This document shows, in pieces, positions 1 through 12,261 of a stretch of 64,000 bases of DNA. The DNA is taken from assembly GCA_964016885.1 (NCBI GenBank), contig OZ024743.1:39928001-39992000 (forward strand), given 5' to 3'. The DNA is from Eledone cirrhosa (Eukaryota). The notes beneath the pieces are model-generated. The model saw only the letters and a list, made by a program, of their open reading frames with translations, searched no databases and was not told the origin of the DNA. The first letter of the stretch is position 1. Every line of letters begins with the position of its first letter. The translations under genes and the position numbers were made by a program.

Positions 1-722
1 AATGTAAACGAGCTGACCTTCCGATCGGATCACAGAAAATATATTTTCCTTTCTGTGTTCCCATTAATGTTATAATTTGGATAGTGTACTTAATCATATA
101 TGCATCATGACATTTTTGTTGTAATCTGGCAGCATTTGAACTCATAACGTATACATACGTAGCTCAAGTATTTATCTAAAGCAAAATTCCCTTGACTGGA
201 TGAAATCAAATTTGACAGTATCATTTAAACGCTGAACGTAGAAAGTGGGAACGCGCTAAAATTGTTATGACTGCCATTTCAGTGTCTATATTAGTCACAA
301 GGAATAATCTCAATTTCGCATGTATTTCTAAACAGAATTTGCAAATGTTTTAACGGTATTTATTGTACCTGTATTAATAATGAATTGAGTGTAAATATCA
401 CGATAAATATTTACAATTCAGTGAAAATTGAAATATGTGGCAAATATCTTTAAAATATTCCATTAGCATAAATCACTCCGAAAAATACTTTGAAATTAAT
501 TTTTATTTATTCTTCGTCACATTGCTTCAATATTTATTATATATTCATGAATTGTTGTCTGTCCATAAAGTGAATATATGTTTATTAGTTAAAAGCTTGA
601 TATACGACGTTACTGTTGTGATATTGCTTTGCTATCAAATGAATTAATTTGCTTTTTCATCGAATTAAAAACTGGTATGGAATATTCGTGATACCACACT
701 TTCAATTATACAACGTATGAAT

Positions 723-2500
723 TGTTTCTTTATTAGCCATACATGATTCACATTAAGCAAATATTAAGGATTGGACTAGAGGGTACAGATCGACACAAGA
801 CTGTAGAGTATGAGGTTTGGCGAGGAAAAATGTTTAACAAAAACAAGAAAAGTTCTTTCACATGAAAAATTTCAAAGAAAAGGAATTCCCGAATATGAGA
901 GATTTCTTGGGTATCACATTTAGAAAGCTCACCAAGTACCATGGTCACCCTGACCGCTAGTGCCAATGCCCCTACCCAGTTGTTCTCCTATAATCTTCAA
1001 TCGAATACTCTGAGCAAACCCTTCAGTCAGGCCATGTTCGCCACTTTCACCCACCTTTCAATAAATTAGTTGAAGGCAGCACTGCTCTCTCTACGCTGAT
1101 ATTCCTCTTCAAGTTAAACCTGAAAAAGACAACCGGGGTTTTGCCGAAGAGGAGAGTGCTTTCAAAATATTTACACATGTCCACCACACAATCTCTTTCG
1201 TCAGAACCACCAGTAGCAGCCGGAGTTCCATATAAACCCATAATTCAGCAATATGCGGACATTCGACGCCCTGCGTGCATCCTAAATATGTCCGGCTGAC
1301 AGCACTTCCATTTCAGTAAAGTTTAGCTCGAACAATCTACGCTTCACAATAGCGGTGCAAGGCCAGGAAATCTGGAAGTTATCCATGGGCACCAGACGGA
1401 AAACTCTCCGAAAGTGTTTAGCTAGATCATAAACGTCGATGCTTAGGGTCTCTTCAAAACCTTCATAGCTTTTAGTGTATAACACTCTATAGAACATCAA
1501 GGTTGCGTTTTCCTTCACATAATGGGCATAGACAACAAATTGATTGCCTGAGTAATGGAAGTCGTCCCTTCCACGAAAAGGGAAGGAGTAAACCCTCCAG
1601 TGCAATCAGACGTGGGCAAGAATGAGGCACGACGCACAGGCGTTAATAGATATAGGGACGAGGTGTACGCGTTTGTTGGATAGCTTCCTCCTTACCTATT
1701 TTGGGGTGAGACAGGCCAAGTGTGTGTACAAATGCAGTTCCGAACCCAATCGGAAGACCGATTAACCAGTCCATCCGTTCAGTGCCAGCCAACGCATAGA
1801 CATTCCTCTCCAGGTACCGGGCTGCAAGCCTACCGACCTTTCATGATTAATGTTTGCCCTTCGTAACCACTTCGTACTCCCTGATATCGGTCCCGATCAT
1901 AGCAATGTGATGATGTCCGAGGGCATATGCTCACACGAGACGTAGACGGCATATGCTCACACGGTTATTCCCTATCTCAATCTACGCGAAACACCCCTTA
2001 ATGTATCAATTCGGGTTGTAATACATACAAAAGTGTCAAGTGAGGGGAACATCATTATACCTAGCGCACGATGTTGCACGGTTCTAAAAGTCAACTGTTC
2101 ACTCTAGCCATAGAAAAGATATCACTGTGAATTGCAGCGATCCAGCCACTTGAAATTGTCTGATACTGGCTGCCTAGTGGACAGGCAAACTTAATTATGA
2201 CTAACTCTATTGCAGGATTTTGATTGATCTAAGTTGATCAGAACACCGCCCATGCCAGTGCTCTTATCCACCCACTCTATGATGTATAGAATTGGTTTAT
2301 AGGGGTTAGATCTGTTCGGGACTGCACTAGTTTTTGCCTCACCTGGAAGACCACCGACGACATGCACCAACATCTCATTAACAACATGACCAAATTTAAA
2401 CTCTGTATTTAGCAGAGTTGTGGGTTTAAATTTATCAATGTGGTTTTCCTTGTTCGGATCAGAAATACCACTGCTCTACGGCTCACAGAACTGGGAATAT
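723..2500 (-). mobile_element. Old, degenerate Tx1-clade LINE, 3' half (RT remnant to 3' UTR)
   Basis: ORF pieces 2191-2373 (GGVLINLDQSK), 1282-1605 (PMDNFQ) and 1047-1241 (FFRFNLKRNISVER) match ORF2 of the 3593-9427 copy. The 3' terminus gtttctttattagcc at ~724 matches gttttctttattaacc at 3593. Confidence 0.8.
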
Positions 2501-2674
2501 CTTATTTGATTATAAATGTATCTTTCTCCATTCATACAAGAGTGCAAGAAAATGACAAGGATAAATTTAGTTGGTAATAGTATCTAAAGTGGGAATTATA
2601 TCGAATTTGGCGCCTTCACGAGATCAACTTCTTCCCCATCGTCATAGGAGCGCTAGTACTATGCCGCAGAGTTC

Positions 2675-3515
2675 AATTCTTGAACTCTGTATTTAGCAGA
2701 GTAATGGGCCTTAAAGTTTCTGTTATCCCTCTTGTTAAGAACCTTTCTCAGCAGCACCACCGCTCCTCGGTTCACCGAGCTGGGAATTCTCCAGTTCTGC
2801 TGCCAGTCGCAGTAGACGTCCGCCAAGATGTCTTGAACACGTCTGGCATGGGTAGGTAAAGTTCGTAGGGAAGACCATTCAAAGCAGCCGATTCACCCAT
2901 CCTGCAGTGAGTCATTGCTACTCGTATGTCAGCGGCTGTTATCGGCCTTTCGGAACATTCCACCCAGTGGCCGAGAGCCGCGGCAGTCCGTCAAGGTAGG
3001 CACTAAAGTCCATCCTGCAATCCCACCCACCACTGCCCCCGAACAGCTGAGTTAAGTGCCACTGAAAAACCCTCACACATTTGCTCGGGTTCGAGTAGCA
3101 TGTGCCCTCCGTGGTCCTCCAAAGACCGGACCGTGGTTTTGTTGCCATGTCGCGCCTAATCGACCCGGGCCCATTGAACGGCTTTCGGCCCCTCGTGTCT
3201 GAGAGCACGCGCCGTAGCTCTGCCATCGCAGTCATCGTTCTCTGTGTTGAAGTATTGGTCCAGGGTCAACTTCGCCGCTAGCACGTCGGTATCGATCCCT
3301 TTACTAAGCGCCTCAACTAATTTTCTAACTAATTGTCCCTCTGCTCTATTTATCTCTATTGCTAACGCCTTACTAAATTTAATGGACTCTATTCTAATCG
3401 GCCTTTTTTAGGGTGAACCTCTATTTGTTGCCCTCGTAACTCCCGCTTAATTAGTTCGCTAATTCGCACTATATAGGCTTTGTGCGCTGTCAACGATTCA
3501 TTTAGCTTCCAGTAT
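2675..3515 (-). mobile_element. Internal Tx1 ORF2 fragment (EN C-terminus to RT start)
   Basis: YWKLNESLTAHKAY, MDFSAYLDGLPRLSA and GLPYELY match the neighbouring copy. It covers the same RT segment as 2390-2500, so it is a separate copy. Confidence 0.8.
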
Positions 3516-3529
3516 ATAATAATCCTGTC

Positions 3530-3592
<63 letters not shown>
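3530..3592. repeat. (AAT)n microsatellite, 3' tail/target of Tx1 copy B
   Basis: Pure AAT run abutting the Tx1 3' end. Confidence 0.95.
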
Positions 3593-3593
<1 letters not shown>

Positions 3594-3836
3594 TTTTCTT
3601 TATTAACCACAAGGGTTTACATAAAGTAGACATTAAGGACAGTACAGGACAATACAGGACGGTACAAATGGGCATTTCTGCGTGTAAAAAAAACAGAGGA
3701 TGAAATAAAATAACAAAGAAAAATTCCCCAATAGGGGGGAGACTTCCGAGGGACATTTGTGGAGAAAGCCCATTAAAAGACCACAGTGGTCCTGACCACC
3801 AGGGCAAGTGCCATCTCCCAGTTTTCCACCTTTAAT

Positions 3837-6800
3837 TTACAGACACATACTCAGAGAAGGCCCATTCATTCGGGCCATACTTGCTTCTCTCACCCATCTT
3901 TCAACAAAATGCTGGGAAGAGAGCACTTCCCTCTCTACCCTGATTTTCCTTTTCAGATGAAATTTGAAAAAGTTAATCAGGGCATCACCGAAGAGGTAAT
4001 TGCTCGACTTCAGCCCTTTCAAACGTGTCCACCATACTCTCTCTTTCGCCATGGCCACCAGACATATAAAAACTGCCTGCCCTTCCCGGCTAAAGGAAGA
4101 GGGCGGGGCAATCCTCACGATGGACTCAGCTGATAGCTGCATCCGTCCTACACGTGACAGCAGGTGTTCGACATAAACCCACAAGTCAGCAATGATCGGA
4201 CACTGGACGAGAGCGTGCAGGACGGTTTCGTCGCCCTGTGCGCATCTCGGACATGCTCGGCTGACGGCACCACCATGCCTGTAAAGTTTATCCCGAACTG
4301 GCAAAGCACCCCGGTAGCACTGCCAGGATAGGGATTTCTGGAAGTTGTCCATAGGCCCCGGCCCGAAATTCCTTCCGAAGAGATTGGCTAGTTGATTTTC
4401 ATCGACTCCTAGAGTTTCTCCAAGTACGTCGTCGCTCTTCCCCTCCACTAATCCTCTATAGAACGCCAAGGTGGAGTTTCCACCGATCACATTTCCCGAT
4501 TGGTCGAGGGCTGTGAGCGCCTGAAGACATTCCAGTCTCCAAGCGCTCCCTATCGGTCTTCGCTTGACCCAGGACTGCAGCTCCGTCAAGGAGACGAGCT
4601 GGGGAAAAACGTGTCTAGGAAACGGCGACAACCTGATCACCGTCGAGGAAGAGGTGGAGATGTCGTAGCCTGAGCGCGTGTCTGCGCATCATCAGCCACG
4701 GCATGCCCAGCCCTCTACGTAGCGGGTGTTGACAGCAGACGGACCGCCTGACCATCAGAGCACGTCCCTTCAACAAGAAGCGAAAGAGCAAACGCTCCAG
4801 CGCAGTCAGGCGGGGCGTAGGACAAGGTACGACGGTCAGGCGGTAGTAGATGACGGACGCGATGTACGGGTTAGCCACCTCCGCTCAACCTTTCAGGGAT
4901 AGCTTCCTCTGGGCCCATTTCTGGGTGAGAGAAGCCACCCTGCTTGTCACCTCGTCCCAGTTTTTGTCCGTCTGGAGGTCTGGACCGAACCAGACCCCTA
5001 GCAAGTTAACCGGTCCGTCCGACCAGCGCCCGACGACGCTGTTGGACGGCATGGACCTGCCTCTCCAGGTGCCGAGCTGCAGGCCCACTGACTTTTCCTG
5101 GTTGATCATTGCTCCTGTCACCGCTTCGTATTCTCTTAGTGTAGTGCCGATCGCCTCGATGTGTTTGGCGTTCGACACCACTACGGTGACATCGTCGGCA
5201 TATGCTGACACGGATCTTCCGCATCCTAGTTCGCGCGGCACCCCCCTCAACGTCTCCAGTTTGTGCAGTAATGGCTCGAGAGTCAATACGTACAATAGGG
5301 ACGAGAGGGGACATCCTTGGCGGACCGAGCGCATGATGCTGAACGGTTCCGAAAGGTGAGCGTTCACTCTCACTACAGAGCAGGACTGCCGCTAGGTAAC
5401 AATGGTCGACCCTATCGAAGGCTTTCGACTGATCTAAATTGATCAAAGACCCACCCGTGCCAGGTTCCCTAGCTACCCTCTCTACGATGAATCGCATGAG
5501 GTGGAGGTTGTCGTGAATGGATCTGTCGGGAGTGGCGCATGTCTGTGCCTCTCCCACCAGACCACCAACGACAAGCGCCAACCTCTTTGCTAGCACCTTG
5601 GCCAAAATCTTGAACTCTGTGTTTAGCAGAGTTATGGGCCTAAAATTATCTATGTTATCCCCCTTGTTCGGATCCTTTCTCAGCAGCGCCACCGCTCCTC
5701 GGCTCAGAGCTGGGAATTCTCCCGTTCTGTTGCCAGTTGCAGTAGACGTCCGCCAAGAGGCCTCCGAACAAGTTTGGCATTTGTACGTAAAGTTCATAGG
5801 GTAGACCATCTAAACCAGGCGATTTACCCCTTGTGCAACTAATCATTGCATCCCGTACTTCAGCGGTTGTTACCGGCTTTTCTCAACACTCCGCCTCAGT
5901 GGCCGAAAGCCGCGGCAGTCCATCGAGGTAGACACTAAAGTCCATCCCTCGATCCGGCCCGCCACTACCCCCGAACATTTGAGCGAAGTGTCGCTGAAAA
6001 GCTTCACACATTTGCCCGGGATCGAGTAGCATGCGCCCGTCGTGGTCCACCAAAGACCGGATATTGGCTTTGTTGCCACGACGCGCCTCCGCCACTCGGG
6101 CCCATTGAACGGCTTTCGTCCCCTCGTGTCTGAGAGCACGCACCCTAGCTCTGACAACGCAGCCTTCGTGCTTTGCATTGAAGAATTGGTCAAAGGCCAA
6201 TTTCGCCGCAAGTACGTCGGTCGCGATGCCTTTGCTAAGCGACTCATCTAATTTTCTAACTAATTCTCCCTATGCTCTATTTTTCTCTATTGCTAAAGTC
6301 TTACTAAACCTAATGGACTCTATTCTAATTGCTCTTTTCAGAGCAAACCACCACTTGTTGTTGACGATGTCCCCCGTCAACGCCCGCTTAACTAGTTCGC
6401 TAATCCGGTCTCTGTAGGCCTTGCGCGCTGGTAAGGACGCGTTTAGCTTCCAGTAGCCGGGTCCTCGTCTATGAAGCCTATCTAAGTCAAGCACACAGAT
6501 CACGAATTTGTGGTCCGTGTAGCTGACTATCTGGAATTGTGGACAGCCTATGCTAGACCTATCTATTTCCCTACAAAATACTCTATCTAGATATGATCTG
6601 GATGACCCTATGCGATTTGTCCAAGTCCACATTGGTACATATTGAAATCCATTCGGTACCTGTCAGACAGTTCAAAACGTCTGAGCAGGTTGGTGAGACT
6701 CTTGCACCCTCCTTCCCTGTCCTCTAATCCCACACAATCCCAGCGTGCATCTAAGATCCCGTTCCAGTCGCCCACTAACACTAAAGAGCGGGACGTTTCA

Positions 6801-7189
6801 AGAAAGGTCTCCAGACGCCGGAAGAAATCAGGCCGCCCTGCTCCTGTCGGGGCATAGACGGCCACTAACCTGAAAGCTAGGCCGTCTCCGCTGGTCACAA
6901 CCAGCACAACCAACTTACCATCTGGGTCCAGGAAGATGGCCCGTATGGCAAGATCCAACCCTCTCCGAAAAAGCACAGCAACTCCTCCCCCCGATCCCGG
7001 ACGGCTGGGAGATGCGTACACATCGTAGCCGCCGAAGATCGGTGCGAAAGCCTGTGCTTCGGAGATTCTGGTCTCGCTGATGGCCACTACATCTATGTTT
7101 AGTGACCTGATGTCGTTGAGCAGGTGGCCCTACTTCAATGACGACCCCAAGCCACGCGCATTTATGCTACCTCTTCTGCGTGAGGTCAT
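3837..7189 (-). pseudogene. Tx1 ORF2 (APE endonuclease + reverse transcriptase + Cys-rich domain), frameshifted
   Basis: SINARGL, ISETR, VYAP, GDWN, YLDR and TDHK (APE); FRPITLLNTEFKI, LDQSKAFDRV, VRQGCPLS and YADD (RT); CPRC-x8-HALVQC. Has stops, frameshifts and a ~60-bp RT deletion near 5375 relative to copy C. Confidence 0.9.
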
Positions 7190-7223
7190 GTTGAAATGGA
7201 GTGGAAAAGATGAGAAAGACCAC

Positions 7224-9227
7224 TTACCTTACTTCTCGTAGGGGAAGGACGTTTTTTCCATCCTTTTCACTGCTTGTGGCCTCCTCAGGAAGGATGTCCT
7301 TATAAATCCTCCTGGAGAGTGCTTGTCGGAAGTCTCCGATGTCTTTGGGGAATTTTTGTTTTAGTGTCATGTACGTTTTCTGTGTGATGCGAGTGATTTG
7401 TATGTGTGGAGGTGGTGTGAATTTTGGGGTTGTTGTGTAGTCTTTTTCTGTGATGCTGGTGTTGTGTTGGATGTAGTGTAATAATTGCTTGTTGTTCAAA
7501 TTTAATGCTGTGTAGTGTGTATCGTTTTGGTTGTTTTGCTTTGTTTGCGTTTGTTGTGCGTTTGTTTCTGTTTCACATTTTGGTGACTTTTGTGGTGTAG
7601 GTGATGGTGGTGTTGGGGTTAATGATGGTGATGGGGTTGGTGTTTGGGTTGATGGGTTTGGTGATACTGGTGTGGATGGTGGCATATCTGTCCTAACTTT
7701 TTTGTTTCTTAATTTATTTGTTTCCCTCTGTATTTTGTTTTTGGAGGGGGAAGGAAGAGAATTTTTTCTTTTTTGGTTTCTTTTTTTTTTCCGGATATCG
7801 TTTCCCACTCCTCGTCGTCACAATCTGTCTCCAGTTGTGATAGGCCGGGGAGTGGAAAATCCTCCACAGCCGTCAGTTTTGGTTGTGGCATGGTGGATGG
7901 TGTAGGCGCTGGTGCTAGTTCTGAAGCGTTGGGTGGTGGTGGTGTTGGTTTTGCTGGTGGTGGTGGTGGTGTTGGTTTTGCTACTGTTGCTGGGGTTGTT
8001 GCTGTTATAGTTGCTTCTGTTGTTGCTGCTACAGTTGTTGCTGCCATCTCTGCTACTGGTGGTGTTGATGGTTGTGTCACTGGGGTGGGTAGGAGTGGTG
8101 GCCTCAACCTTTTAGCCTGAGGGCAGAAAGCCCTTAGGTGGGTTCCTTCACCACAAACGACACACCCAGGTCTTCTGCCCTCGACAATTACCGTGAGGTG
8201 GCTGCCGTCAGTGAGGTCTATTACCTCTGGGATCTCCTCAATGCTTTTTTGGTCCGCTTGGATCAGGAGCTCCATCCCAGATCCGGACCAGTTCTCCTGC
8301 TTTTCTTTTGCTATTGCTATTATTTTTGTGTTGGCTTCGATGCCGGCGAGGACGGCCGCTATTAGCCAGGGAATTTCGATGGCCGGTGGAACGTGGGTCA
8401 CCCTGATCTTTACGAGTCTCTGGCCACAATAGCTTGGGACGAGTGTGAAGTCGTCACTTCTTAATGGGACCATGGAGTGTTCTCTAGCCTCCTCTGGTGT
8501 TTCAAAGAACACGTCCACGGTTCCATACTTTTGCCCACGTCTGATGTGGGTTTTTCTTGCCCACACATGTCCCAAAGCTTTTTGGATTTGGGACTCGGAT
8601 GCCCGTTCCACTCGGCGCGATTTTACATTTATTGTTCTATACGACACGGTGCATAGGCGCCGATGCTCCATTTTATTAGGTGGGGTGTGAGGCTGACCCT
8701 GTACCCATCTTTCTTTACCATTTGTTTGGCATTTTCTAAATCCTCCTGAGTTACCGTAAATGCTTCGAACTGTTGTGCTACTCTGGCGAAACTGAGGGTC
8801 GGTTTTATAATGTCATTGTTGTTGTTGTTGTTGCTATCGTTATTTGTGTTAATATTAATTTTAGTTTCAGTTGTGGTGGTGGTGACGTCAGTCGTCTTTG
8901 GTGGGGAAGAGTCCATTTTGCTTAATTTCATTTCGACATCACGAGATAATTTATTTTTTTCTTCTTTTGTTTCTGTTGTCGCGGTGGTGGTGGGGGTTGG
9001 GTTGTCGCGGTGGTGGTGGTGGTGGAGGCTTTAACACCTGCAGTCATTGGTAATGGCGGGAAATGAATGTCTGCCTGAGACAAATTTAAAATATTGCTAC
9101 TGCTTATATTTTTTTTTGTGTTGGCAAACGTAGTAACATTTACAATGGTGGTGTCGGTGTGAGGTGTTAATTTGTGAGGAAGGCTTTCAGCTGCTTGGTG
9201 CAGAGGTGAATTAGCCATTGTTTTCAA
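7224..9227 (-). pseudogene. Tx1 ORF1 (gag-like nucleic-acid-binding protein), frameshifted
   Basis: Pieces 8928-9227, 8629-8931, 7709-8671 (CVVCGEGTHLRAFC zinc knuckle, Pro/Thr-rich linker) and 7224-7808. Confidence 0.8.
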
Positions 9228-9427
9228 AGAAATTTTTTTTATAATAATAAAAGTTTAAATTTTGGACACAAGGCCCCAATAATTTTGGGTGTCCTTTTCG
9301 GAAAACTATGTATGTGCGCTTATAAACAGTTAACAATAAAAATTTTCCATAAATGACAATTTTTAACAAACGGAAATAACAAACCTTTGCGGAGCTCACG
9401 ATGATACGATTTACTACGTAGGTCGCC

Positions 9428-9475
<48 letters not shown>
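9428..9475. repeat. (AAT)n microsatellite between Tx1 copy B 5' end and the Dong element
   Basis: Pure AAT run. Confidence 0.95.
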
Positions 9476-12213
9476 TGAAAAGAAAGTACACTATAAAATG
9501 AACAAATGACATAGACATGCTGATAGAAATAATCAAGCAAAAAGTGTCGGCCAAAGCTGGTCGTATAAGGTGCTTTGAAAAACGATCTAGATTCTATAAG
9601 GACAATAATATGTTCAAAAACAACCAAAGAAACTTCTACAGAAAAATTGGTAAGTCAACAATAACTGCTAAATCAATACCACCCAAGGAGGAAGTGCAAG
9701 AATTCTGGGAAAAGATCTGGGCCGAAGAAAAAGTTCATAACATACATGCCCCATGGATAGACAGACAAATGAAAGAAACAGCTCACCTTGAGGAACAAAC
9801 ATGGGAAAATATAACAGTTGAACAGTTGCGCTTGGCTCTAAGAAAAACCAGCAAATGGAAATCCCCAGGAAAAGACAAAATACAAAACTTTTGGATAAAT
9901 GCCTTCACAGAGTCTCATGAGCTGTTAGACCAACTTTACAATGAAATAGTTAAGGAGCCAGAAAAGATACCATCATGGCTAGTTAACGGCATTACATTCC
10001 TGCTACCGAAGAATGATGAGACAAACAATCCCAAAAACTACAGACCGATAACCTGCTTGACCACAATGTATAAAATGTTAACATCAGTCCTAACTGAATA
10101 TACATATGACCACCTGATAACAAATGACCTATTTCCCATTGAGCAGAAAGGGTGTAAACGAGGCTCATATGGCTGTACGGATCAGCTTTTGGTTAACAAA
10201 ATGATACTGGAAGATTGTCATAATAGACACACAAATATATCAATTGCTTGGAAAGATTATAAAAAAGCATTCGATAGTTTGCCACACAGCTGGATTGAAA
10301 AATGTTTAGAGATTTTCAAAATATCTCCCGTTGTCAGGAGGTTTTGTCGTTCAGTATGAAGACATGGAAAACGACACTCCTTTTGAATAGTGAAACAAAA
10401 TCACTGGAAGCTGGAAAAGTTAATATTAATCACCGCTTTTATACTGCATCACACTTATACCAATAAGTAAAATGATCAATGAAACAAAACATGGATATAA
10501 AGTCTACGACAAAACCATTAATCACTTGTTCTACATGGATAACTATTTGCAAAAAATGATGAACAATTGCAAGGGCTATTATCTGCTGTGGTGCAGTTCA
10601 GTGATGACATTAAATGGAGTTTGGACTAGATAAATGCGCCAAAGCAACGTTCACCAGAGGAAAGCTGTTGAAAAGTTCAGGCATTAATCTTGATCGGGGA
10701 ATGTGATAAGAGAACTTGATCAAGAGAAAACTTACAAATATCTAGGTGTTTGTGAAGGAGACGTAATCAAGCACTCGACAATGAGGGAAAGGATAAGGAA
10801 GGAATGTTACCACAGAGTAAGAGCAATCTTAAGAACGGAATTGAATGCAAGGAATAGGATCGATGCCATAAACACGCTTGTCATACCAGTAATAACCTAC
10901 AGTTACAAAGTCATCAACTGGTCAAGCACAGAAATCCGTAGGGTCGATACAAAAATTCGAGAATTCTTAACCATGCACAGAATGCATCACCCTAAGACAG
11001 ATATAGATAGAATATATCTCCCTAGGAAAGAAGGAGGACGTGGGTTAATCCAGTTAGACATTGCGTTGAAAACTGCAACAATTGGCTTATCTACATATCT
11101 CAGGGAATCACATGATTGGATGATCAAACTCGTTTTGAAACACGAAAGCATCAAAAGATCATACTCCATTACAAAAGATGCACAAAGATACAGTAACGGA
11201 CTACAAATTTCAGAAGTCCCATTTACTGCTGAAATGGAAATCAGAAAAAGCAAAGCAGGTAAAAGTAACTGCAAAGAAAGAACTGCTACAGAAACTGGCT
11301 AATAAATGGCAAGAAAAGCCTCTGTATGGGAAATACCCAGAACGAGGTAACAATCCTGATGTTGACAAAACTTTAACCCATCAGTGGTTGGCATCCTTTG
11401 GACTGAAATCGGATACTGAAGGACTGATTATATCAGCACAACATCAGTGTCTGCCAACAAAAAATTACCAAGCCAACATAATAAAAAATGGATGCAGCCC
11501 ATTATGCCGTGTATGTAAAAAACAACCAGAGACCATTGACCATATAATTTCAATGTGCAGTCCTATAGCTCCAACCGAATACCTAAACAGTCATGACAGA
11601 GCTGCACAATACATACATTGGATAATGTGTAAGCATTTTGACCAGCCCCATCAAAAGAATTGGTGGGATCATCAACCACCTCCCATACTTGAAAAAGATC
11701 ACATCTCAATCTTGTGGAATTTAGCATCCAAACAGACGAAAAACAGATACAAATAGACTTGATATAATATTGAAGGTCTTTAAAAAGAGGGTATACCTGC
11801 TAATTGATATGTCTGTTCCAATAGACAAGAATATATCTATAAAAACCTTTGAAAAATTGAGCAAGTATAAGGACCTGGAGATAGAAATTAGAAAAATGTG
11901 GAAGTTGAGAACTAAAACAATACCAGTGGTTGGAGGCGCTCTAGGAATGATACCTTAGGGGTCTAATGATTACTTATCGCAAATGCCAGGAAACCCGCGT
12001 ATAGGAGAAATACAAAATATATTACTAATGGGAACTGCCCATATACTAAGGAAGATTCTGTCAATATGAGTACATCACAAGTCTAAACAACTAAATATGC
12101 ATATGTGAGTATGTATGTTCTTTCTTAAACATGGCGAACCTTGTTGTCTCTTGAGGTCACTGGTTGTGACTTGGTGATAACTCGTATCAACATAAAGCAA
12201 GATAAATGTAGCT

Positions 12214-12214
<1 letters not shown>
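9476..12214 (+). mobile_element. 5'-truncated R4/Dong-clade non-LTR retrotransposon (RT + CCHC + restriction-like endonuclease), defective
   Basis: NYRPITCLTTMYK, DYKKAFDSLPH, HLFYMD, KTYKYLG; CRVC-x7-HIISMC followed by HD; RLE region LLIDMSVP...KLSKYKDL...IPVVGGALG; ends in (TAA)n. Confidence 0.9.

Positions 12215-12260
<46 letters not shown>
12215..12260. repeat. (TAA)n shared as 3' tail by Dong (+) and Tx1 copy C (-)
   Basis: Pure TAA run between two convergent 3' ends. Confidence 0.95.

Positions 12261-12261
<1 letters not shown>

Larger units (their letters stand above)
3593..9427 (-). mobile_element. Full-length (~5.8 kb) Tx1/L1-group non-LTR retrotransposon, copy B, defective
   Basis: ORF1 with CCHC knuckle, ORF2 with APE endonuclease, RT and C-terminal zinc finger; flanked on both sides by (AAT)n; both ends colinear with copy C. 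Confidence 0.92.
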
